NCBI GenBank assembly: GCA_005223125.1
Contig: NJBH01000005.1
Location: 64,001 to 128,000 of the forward strand
From: Promethearchaeota archaeon Loki_b32
Lineage (GTDB): Archaea > Asgardarchaeota > Lokiarchaeia > Sigyniarchaeales > SOKP01
DNA: 64,000 nt
Direction of reading: 5' to 3'
The position numbers and the translations under genes are program-made. The notes under the pieces were generated by a model. That model searched no databases. It was given only the letters and a program-made list of their open reading frames with translations, and was not told where the DNA came from. Shown here one piece after another: positions 57,327-64,000 of the stretch (positions are counted from its first letter, which is position 1; every line of letters starts with the position of its first letter).

Positions 57327-57956
57327 TTATAATGCAAATTCCTGACCTATTGAGAGAAATTTTGAATTAATACCATTATCAACAAGATACTCTGTTAATT
57401 TTTTTGCTTCATTCTCCTTTTCATAGTTAAAATGATATGGTATTGTTATTTTTGGGTGTATAATTCTAAGAAATTCTAAATAATCATTAAAATTTGACTC
57501 AAAACAAGCAACAAAACACAGATCGATACTTTCATCTATAGATTTTAATTGATCTGAAAATTCAGCTGAATCAGCTGTGTGTAGAATTTTTTTGTTTTCA
57601 ATAGTAAATAAATAAGCAACACAACCTTCTGCTTTCCAACATTTATTTTCAAAAACCTCTACAAATCCATCGTTCAAATTAATTCTTGAATTCGGTTGAA
57701 TAAGGGTAAAATCAATATTTAATTCTTCATAAACACACAACGGACCAAAAATCTCCAGTTCTTTATCTTCTTTCTTATAATTATTCAAAATTTCTTTTAA
57801 TTTTTCTTGAGAGACGTGATCTGAATGATGATGTGTTAAAAAGACCTTTTCGATTCCTTTTTGTGGCGCAGATAAAAATACTGGATCAATGATAATATGA
57901 TCTTGTTTACTGATAATTTCTATACATGCATTTCCTAAAAATTGAATATTAACCAT
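57327..57956 (-). CDS. Metallo-beta-lactamase-fold hydrolase
   Basis: IIIDP, THHHSDH, HTADS and IPYH. Confidence 0.87.
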   Translation of the reverse strand: MVNIQFLGNACIEIISKQDHIIIDPVFLSAPQKGIEKVFLTHHHSDHVSQEKLKEILNNYKKEDKELEIFGPLCVYEELNIDFTLIQPNSRINLNDGFVEVFENKCWKAEGCVAYLFTIENKKILHTADSAEFSDQLKSIDESIDLCFVACFESNFNDYLEFLRIIHPKITIPYHFNYEKENEAKKLTEYLVDNGINSKFLSIGQEFAL

Positions 57957-58119
57957 ATATTATATCACCATAAATTTAGATTTATATCGTTCTTGAAATT
58001 TTATTAGGATTTTGAAAAGTTAAGATGATTATTAATAAAAAAATATTTTTTTTATTCTTTTGAAGTTTACTTTTATACTATAATTTAAGTTTTCGACATA
58101 CTTAATAATCAAGATAATT

Positions 58120-58473
58120 ATGAAAGAAAAAAAATGCCGAGTTAAGGAGGATTATAATTCTCCTTACACAGAACCACTCCTGATTACTAAAGGAGAAATA
58201 TTATCAATTGGAGAGAAAGAAAGTGAATGGTCAGGATGGATTTGGTGTACTAATAAAGAAGGAAAAAGCAGGTGGGTGCCTGAAAATTATCTTGAAATTC
58301 ATGGAAATACAGGTAAAGCAAACCAGGATTATAATGCAACAGAACTTACTGTTTCTATTGGAGAAGAATTAATCATTGAAGAAGAGGAAGCTGATTGGTT
58401 CTGGGTTACAAATCAGCAAGGAAAAAGCGGTTGGGTTCCTATTAAAAATGTTCAAATAATTAATAAAATATGA
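58120..58473 (+). CDS. Tandem SH3-domain protein
   Basis: DY...L.ITKGE...WSGWIW...GKSRWVPENYL and DYNATELTVSIGE...WFWV...GKSGWVP. Confidence 0.85.
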   Translation: MKEKKCRVKEDYNSPYTEPLLITKGEILSIGEKESEWSGWIWCTNKEGKSRWVPENYLEIHGNTGKANQDYNATELTVSIGEELIIEEEEADWFWVTNQQGKSGWVPIKNVQIINKI

Positions 58474-58529
58474 AATTTTAGATAAAACAAAATTGCTAAA
58501 TATTTTACCTTTGAAAAGTCAATAGAATC

Positions 58530-59336
58530 ATGTTCAAATACTCAAACAGTAAAGATTGGTTCGAAATCATAAAATATAAGGATTATCTATATGTAATCCG
58601 GGAAAGGTTGGATGAAATTGATCCTCGGTTTTATACTTCTTATACTAATTTATATTTAGTTGTTGGTTCTCATTCCGCTTTATTAGTAGATACTGGTTCT
58701 GGATTATTTCCCCTTAAACCAGTTATTAGCGATCTTATCTTAGATAAAAGATTGATTGTAATAAACACTCATTCTCACTTTGATCACATTGGTGGAAATA
58801 ATGAATTTGATGGAGTTCTCATTCACAAGAAAGAGTGTAAAGAAATTTCTAAATCTTGTGATATATTATTCTTAAAAGATTCTTCTAATGAAATAGTTAA
58901 ACTTTATGAGAGAACAAATTATACTCTTCCGCCCGCTAATAATATCCAATCAATAAAAGATGAGGATACTATAGATTTAGGTGAATTATCAGTAAAGATT
59001 ATTCATACTCCCGGACATTCACGAGGCTCAATATCTTTATTAACTAACAGAAATGAACTTTTCACGGGAGATACCGCTCATTATGGTACTATGTACCTCA
59101 CAAAAAAGACTTTTCCAATTGTATTATCAAGCATATCAAAATTACTTGATTTATTTCAAGAATCTAAAATTGAAGTTTATCCATCTCATGAAGAATTTGC
59201 TGTTGGTAAAGAATTATTAGTAGAACTAAGTAATGGGATAAAAAATATTGATAAAATCTGGGATACAAAAGTTAGAGATGATTTCCTAGAAGCTTGGATA
59301 TTATCAGACGAATATTTCAAATATGCAATATTTTAA
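58530..59336 (+). CDS. Metallo-beta-lactamase-fold hydrolase
   Basis: LVDTG, THSHFDHIGG, TPGHS, FTGD and YPSH. Confidence 0.9.
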   Translation: MFKYSNSKDWFEIIKYKDYLYVIRERLDEIDPRFYTSYTNLYLVVGSHSALLVDTGSGLFPLKPVISDLILDKRLIVINTHSHFDHIGGNNEFDGVLIHKKECKEISKSCDILFLKDSSNEIVKLYERTNYTLPPANNIQSIKDEDTIDLGELSVKIIHTPGHSRGSISLLTNRNELFTGDTAHYGTMYLTKKTFPIVLSSISKLLDLFQESKIEVYPSHEEFAVGKELLVELSNGIKNIDKIWDTKVRDDFLEAWILSDEYFKYAIF

Positions 59337-59371
59337 AATGCAAATAATGAAGATAACCGATTCTCTTTTAC

Positions 59372-59929
59372 TTATATCAGTTTTATTTGAGCATATCCCT
59401 GTTCACTAAGTATCCTCAACAGTAAATCTTTAAATACTAATTCCACATTCTCTCCGGTTTTAGATGAACATTCAATATAATTATGGAATTTATATAATTG
59501 CATTATGTCTATAGCGTCTTCTTCTCTACATATTCGTTTCTCTTCAAGATCTAGTTTACTACCTACCATAATTAGAGGAACTCTTCTAGCTATTTTTCTA
59601 AATTCTGGATGCCAATTAATTACATTGATTAAACTATCATAATTGGTGAGATCAAACATAAAAATTCCTCCTGATGCTCCTTGAGCGTAAGATGAGATTA
59701 GAAATTTGAACTTTTCTTCGCCCCCAAAATCCCAAACTTGAAGGGTTGCTTTTCCCTTATCTAAATCTACGTATTTAATATGTATTGCAGCCCCCAGAGT
59801 TGATTTAATATTTGTAAGAAAATTATTCGTGAGATAACGATTTACTATTGTTGTTTTTCCAACACCGCTGTCCCCAAATATACAAATCTTATATGTTAGG
59901 TTTAATTCATTTTGTTCTGTTACTATCAA
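59372..59929 (-). CDS. Rab-like small GTPase
   Basis: GDSGVGKT, STLG, WDFGGEEKF, GSKLD and ECSSK. No C-terminal prenylation Cys. Confidence 0.9.
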   Translation of the reverse strand: MIVTEQNELNLTYKICIFGDSGVGKTTIVNRYLTNNFLTNIKSTLGAAIHIKYVDLDKGKATLQVWDFGGEEKFKFLISSYAQGASGGIFMFDLTNYDSLINVINWHPEFRKIARRVPLIMVGSKLDLEEKRICREEDAIDIMQLYKFHNYIECSSKTGENVELVFKDLLLRILSEQGYAQIKLI

Positions 59930-60155
59930 ATCTAACCAGGGTAGTTATATTATTGATTAATTACGAGTTACCAATCCTATTCTCATACCTTAACTTCAAG
60001 TCATTTCGAGAAGTATATCTTTTAGAAAATGATTTTATATATTTAAAATTTTCATCTTAAGATTTATTAATAATTTCAAGTGGGGAATTTCGATAGTTTT
60101 TATATAATATTATCAACTTAAAAAATGAAATCCGAGTATGATTATGATCATAAAA

Positions 60156-60869
60156 TTAATGTTTTTTCCACCAATAAGGTATTTCTACGGTAATCAATTT
60201 ATTAGAATCAAGAAGTAAGATGTTATCCTCTTTAAATGAAAAAGCAAAACCTCCAAGATAATTTATCCACTTTTTGTCGGGAGGTATTCCAAACCAGCCA
60301 AACCTTAAAGCTAATAAATGAAGGTCATGAGTTACGTGAATATCTAATAGTGATTCTGAGGACTCTTGATTTTTTACCCACATGAGTTCTGCAGCTTTTT
60401 GAGAGTATGGTGTTAAGGGAGCCCAAAGTTCAGGAGAATAAAGACCTGCACTCCAACGATTAAAAATTTCAAGTATATTATATTTTTTGTTTTCTTCTAT
60501 AAAAAATTCTATACTAATACCTATACGATATAATGGAAGTAAATTCCCCTCTAAAACAGCTTCACCGCCAATTTTTTTAAAACCATTGAAAATTTCTTCA
60601 GCAGTCTCCTTACATCTGTCAGCTTTACTGTGAAAGAAACGAATTGGTTTATTTTCTGGTAAATTTTCACCAAAAACCTTAGCTATTTCTCGACCTTGAT
60701 TTGTCAGGTTTAAATCTGCATCCACGTCAAATTCTTTAGGTTCATTCCTTTGAGAGTGTCTTAAAAGAAGAATTATTTTTGAATCATCTGGAAATTTCTT
60801 AAGTCCGTTGATTAATTGTCTTGCTTGAGATGGCCAATCGGCTTCCTTCCAGATTTTATTGATGTCCAT
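60156..60869 (-). CDS. Histidine phosphatase superfamily protein
   Basis: LLRHS, LTNQG, RCKETA and VTHD. Confidence 0.85.
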   Translation of the reverse strand: MDINKIWKEADWPSQARQLINGLKKFPDDSKIILLLRHSQRNEPKEFDVDADLNLTNQGREIAKVFGENLPENKPIRFFHSKADRCKETAEEIFNGFKKIGGEAVLEGNLLPLYRIGISIEFFIEENKKYNILEIFNRWSAGLYSPELWAPLTPYSQKAAELMWVKNQESSESLLDIHVTHDLHLLALRFGWFGIPPDKKWINYLGGFAFSFKEDNILLLDSNKLITVEIPYWWKKH

Positions 60870-61007
60870 ATTATTTTGAATATTTTATAGCTTTAGAAAA
60901 TTTTCTTCTTATACAATAAATGATAGGATTAGGTATGAAACTATAAATAAGATAAAAGTGACGATATAATATTATAACCAAATATAAAATTTAAAAAAAT
61001 TGATTAA

Positions 61008-61889
61008 ATGACAACCATTAGGAAAGAAGGAAAAGTTAATGACGATACAATTCTCATCGATATTAGAATGTTTGGAGTTCCGAAAATCACAGCTATTTAT
61101 CTTATAGAATCTGGAAAGACATGCTTAGTTGATGCGGGGACTCATACAGAAGCTCGAAAAATCCTTAGACAGTTAAAAGCATTAGATGTATTCCCTCCAG
61201 ATATGATTATTCTAACCCATTCTCATTGGGATCACTGTCAAGCAATTCCTTTTTTATTGCAAAGAGCTAAAAAGGAGGGAAAGGAAATTGAGATATTAGC
61301 TTCAGAAAAAGCTATCCCTAATCTAAGAGATCAATCCTATAATGAAGTTTTTGGAACAGGACCTTTTACCAATATTGAAGAAGATATTAAGCCACTAAAA
61401 GAAGGAGATATTGTTGATCTTAATGGTATAACTTTAAAAGTTATTGAAACACCGGGTCATATGACCGATCATATTTCCTTTCTAGATGAAAAAAATAAAA
61501 ACCTTTTCGTGGGAGATGTTCTTGGAGACAAGGTCTCAGATATTGTATTTGTACCACCATTCATGCCTCCCTATTGGGATAAGGATGCATATCTTAATTC
61601 AATCGATAAACTTAAGAAACTTGATTTTGAGACAATAAGTTTACATCATTTTGGCTTGGTCTATGAAGATGAAGCTAAGAGTATTTTAGACGAATCTATA
61701 ACTAATTTAAATAAATACTGGGAATTGTATGAGGAAAATATTGAACATCTAGACGATATCCCTTTTTTGATTGAAAATGCACTTACTAGATATATACCTA
61801 AGTCAGAACTTGAGAAATATCCCCAAAAACTTAAAGAAGCTATAGCATTTTGGTTAAGTGAAGGTTTTAAAATCTCGAAAGGGATTTGA
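61008..61889 (+). CDS. Metallo-beta-lactamase-fold hydrolase
   Basis: LVDAG, THSHWDH, TPGH, FVGD and HHFG. Confidence 0.9.
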   Translation: MTTIRKEGKVNDDTILIDIRMFGVPKITAIYLIESGKTCLVDAGTHTEARKILRQLKALDVFPPDMIILTHSHWDHCQAIPFLLQRAKKEGKEIEILASEKAIPNLRDQSYNEVFGTGPFTNIEEDIKPLKEGDIVDLNGITLKVIETPGHMTDHISFLDEKNKNLFVGDVLGDKVSDIVFVPPFMPPYWDKDAYLNSIDKLKKLDFETISLHHFGLVYEDEAKSILDESITNLNKYWELYEENIEHLDDIPFLIENALTRYIPKSELEKYPQKLKEAIAFWLSEGFKISKGI

Positions 61890-61906
61890 AAGTATAAAAA
61901 GAATGT

Positions 61907-62242
61907 TTACTTCTCGCTTAATCCGCTTAACATTCTCTCCATTTTTTTCCGATAAACTTCAAAGGATTCTCTGCCTTGTTTACTAAGCTTTAAAATCGTC
62001 TGAGGTTTTTTACCCTTAAATTTTTTTTCTACTTCCACATATCCAGCAGTTTCAAGTTTACTTAAATGAGATGATAAATTCCCATCAGTCAGTCCAGTTT
62101 GGTTTCTCAAGAAAACGAAATCAGCACTCTCAACAACATATAGATATGACATAATCATCAACCTTGCAGGTTCATGAATTATTTTATCAATATCGCTGAG
62201 AGGTTGGATAATATCGTCTGATTCCGCCTTCTTCTTTGCCAT
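61907..62242 (-). CDS. Winged-helix transcriptional regulator
   Basis: IHEPARLMIMSYL and LTDGNLSSHLSKLETAGYV. Confidence 0.9.
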   Translation of the reverse strand: MAKKKAESDDIIQPLSDIDKIIHEPARLMIMSYLYVVESADFVFLRNQTGLTDGNLSSHLSKLETAGYVEVEKKFKGKKPQTILKLSKQGRESFEVYRKKMERMLSGLSEK

Positions 62243-62252
62243 TAAGACCCAC

Positions 62253-62888
62253 CTATTCTGATAAAGGATATTTTTTTAAGAAGCGAATAAAATAATATAA
62301 TCCGATTATTACAATTGCCCCTCCAGTAATAGCAAAAGAGAGAATAATATCCAGAGGAGAACTTACAATTGGATTAAGCATTTCAGTTAAGAATAACCCA
62401 ATTCCTGCTAAAAAGGCATAAAAATACAATCGTGTAAATTCTAAATAATAAGGTACAACACAAAACGGAAGAGTAAATGCGCCCAATCCTAATACTAAAG
62501 TTAACATGAGAGGTTGGATTTGAATGTTTCTAAGTACGCCCGTAAGTGGTATAAATAGTAAAATTATATTTACTAAAAACATAAAAAGCAAAAAAATTTT
62601 TAATTTTAGCTGTTTAACCTTTCTTTTAGGGCCAAATTTAACAAAACCCATGCGCGGGATAGTAATAAACTTCTTACCTAAATAAAATATCAAGAATGCA
62701 ATTATATTCATTATTAACACTGGAATAATTGTATCCCAGCCTTCAGGTAAATTAAGTATTGTCCCAATAAATGTACTAAGACCTATACTTAAAATAATCA
62801 AGCCCATAAACAAATCCCATATCCCGTCATCAAATATTGACCTATACGCTTTTCTCTCAAGTGCTTTTAATTCATCATCTTCAGACAT
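62253..62888 (-). CDS. Membrane protein, paralog family A (copy 1)
   Basis: About 6 TM, with DGIWDLFMG, PRMGFVKFGP and FLKKYPL. Confidence 0.8.
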   Translation of the reverse strand: MSEDDELKALERKAYRSIFDDGIWDLFMGLIILSIGLSTFIGTILNLPEGWDTIIPVLIMNIIAFLIFYLGKKFITIPRMGFVKFGPKRKVKQLKLKIFLLFMFLVNIILLFIPLTGVLRNIQIQPLMLTLVLGLGAFTLPFCVVPYYLEFTRLYFYAFLAGIGLFLTEMLNPIVSSPLDIILSFAITGGAIVIIGLYYFIRFLKKYPLSE

Positions 62889-62891
62889 TAA

Positions 62892-63530
62892 TTAACTCAC
62901 CTCCTCCTTCTTTAATGGATACTTTTTAAGAAATTTAATAAAAATGACCAATCCTATAAAAAAAATAATACCTCCTATAATCCCATATGATAAAAGCCAT
63001 CTAATTCTATAATCTATGGGATCATATAATAGCTCGTTGATGAATATAGCCAACCATATAAGCATTCCAATAAAATATAATCGTGGATATTTCATTAAAT
63101 ATGCTATAATAGCGAAAATGGGTATAAAAAATAAACCTATCATTAATATAAACATCATTCCTTCTACGTGTATTCCACGACCAATTCCAATAACTAATAG
63201 GATAACAAATGTTAAATGGATTACAAATTGAATAAAAGTAACAATGAATAACTTCTTTCTCATTGATTTTAAGGATGGACCAGGTTTAGCAATTCCTGTT
63301 CTAGGCTGAATGACGTATTTGATAATAATAAAAAGTAATAAATCTGCAATTATAACAAGAATTAATGGCCATAAAAAATATTTATGTGGTGAAGGTAGAC
63401 TCTCACGGAAAAAAGGACCAAACGCCATTCCCGTTACAACAAAACCAATAAACATATCAAAAAAACCATGTTGGTGAGCTGATTTGAGAATGTTTTTCTC
63501 AATAACTTTCAAATCAATATTCTCTGCCAT
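62892..63530 (-). CDS. Membrane protein, paralog family A (copy 2)
   Basis: HGFFDMFIG, PRTGIAKPGP and FLKKYPL. Confidence 0.8.
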   Translation of the reverse strand: MAENIDLKVIEKNILKSAHQHGFFDMFIGFVVTGMAFGPFFRESLPSPHKYFLWPLILVIIADLLLFIIIKYVIQPRTGIAKPGPSLKSMRKKLFIVTFIQFVIHLTFVILLVIGIGRGIHVEGMMFILMIGLFFIPIFAIIAYLMKYPRLYFIGMLIWLAIFINELLYDPIDYRIRWLLSYGIIGGIIFFIGLVIFIKFLKKYPLKKEEVS

Positions 63531-63532
63531 TT

Positions 63533-64000
63533 TTAAGTCATCTCCTCTTTAGATAATGGGTATTTCCGAATGAATTTAATTAAAGATATAATCCCCATAG
63601 CTATTATTGCGCCACTTACAATGCTAAATACTATTAAAGTATCGAAAGGTTCAGGTATAAAAATTGAGAATAGATCTGATAAAAAGAAACTCAATCCCAC
63701 CAGCAAGCCTATAAAGTAAAAACGGGAATATTGTATGAAATAAGCGGCAAAACATATAGGAGCTGTTATAAAGAGTAATCCAAGAATTAATCCTTCTAAA
63801 TATCCAGGAAAATCCAAACTTAATTCAGGGTTAATAAACCGGATTAAAAAGAGGATTAAAAGAATAATAAAATTTATGGATAACATAATTAATGTCTTTA
63901 ATTTACGTCCTTTTCGTTTCAATCCAAATTTTACTACACCTAACCTAGGTTGAGTAATAAATTTTTTTGTAGTTAAAAAAAAAGCTAACCCAATTCCAAT
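63533..64000 (-). CDS. Membrane protein, paralog family A (copy 3; 5' end outside window)
   Basis: The frame is open to the window edge (IGIGLAFFLTTKKFITQPRLGVVKFG) and ends FIRKYPLSKEEMT. Confidence 0.8.
   Translation of the reverse strand: MGIGLAFFLTTKKFITQPRLGVVKFGLKRKGRKLKTLIMLSINFIILLILFLIRFINPELSLDFPGYLEGLILGLLFITAPICFAAYFIQYSRFYFIGLLVGLSFFLSDLFSIFIPEPFDTLIVFSIVSGAIIAMGIISLIKFIRKYPLSKEEMT

Noticed and set aside
1-64000. CRISPR array, transposase, integrase, or a tRNA 3'-end duplication (att site)
   Set aside because: I saw no regularly spaced repeats, recombinase motifs or second copy of the tRNA-Arg 3' end by eye. Short degenerate copies could have been missed.

Overview
This AT-rich archaeal window is most consistent with an Asgard (Lokiarchaeia-like) chromosome. 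That assignment is an inference from gene content: an archaeal histone, an Sm/Lsm protein, roadblock/longin-fused Rab-like GTPases, a RING-H2/TPR protein, LRR and SH3 proteins, a tungsten AOR and GGTGA-type Shine-Dalgarno sites. It holds about 55 protein genes, mostly metabolic or regulatory: AOR with MoaD-like proteins, thiC/thiDN, two PAS histidine kinases, five tandem RimJ/RimL-type acetyltransferases, DsrEFH/TusDCB, two ArsM-type methyltransferases and several hydrolases. It also holds one tRNA-Arg(CCU) with a 30-nt BHB intron in its T-loop. I saw no CRISPR array, transposase, integrase or reverse transcriptase. The least explained signals are: (1) a ~190-nt G-U-containing rod-like RNA hairpin at 29040-29230 that sequesters the SD and start codon of a short downstream ORF, inside a scarred 26.7-29.4 kb segment; (2) three genes that appear to start at AUA/AUU exactly 7 nt after an SD; (3) a UFM1-like beta-grasp protein lacking the terminal Gly; (4) tandem roadblock-Rab-pseudoGTPase fusions divergent from a RING-TPR E3-like gene; (5) a claudin/PMP22-like 4-TM protein; and (6) a 54-nt exact identity tract between two otherwise diverged GNAT paralogs. 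All family calls come from reading motifs by eye; no database searches were run.
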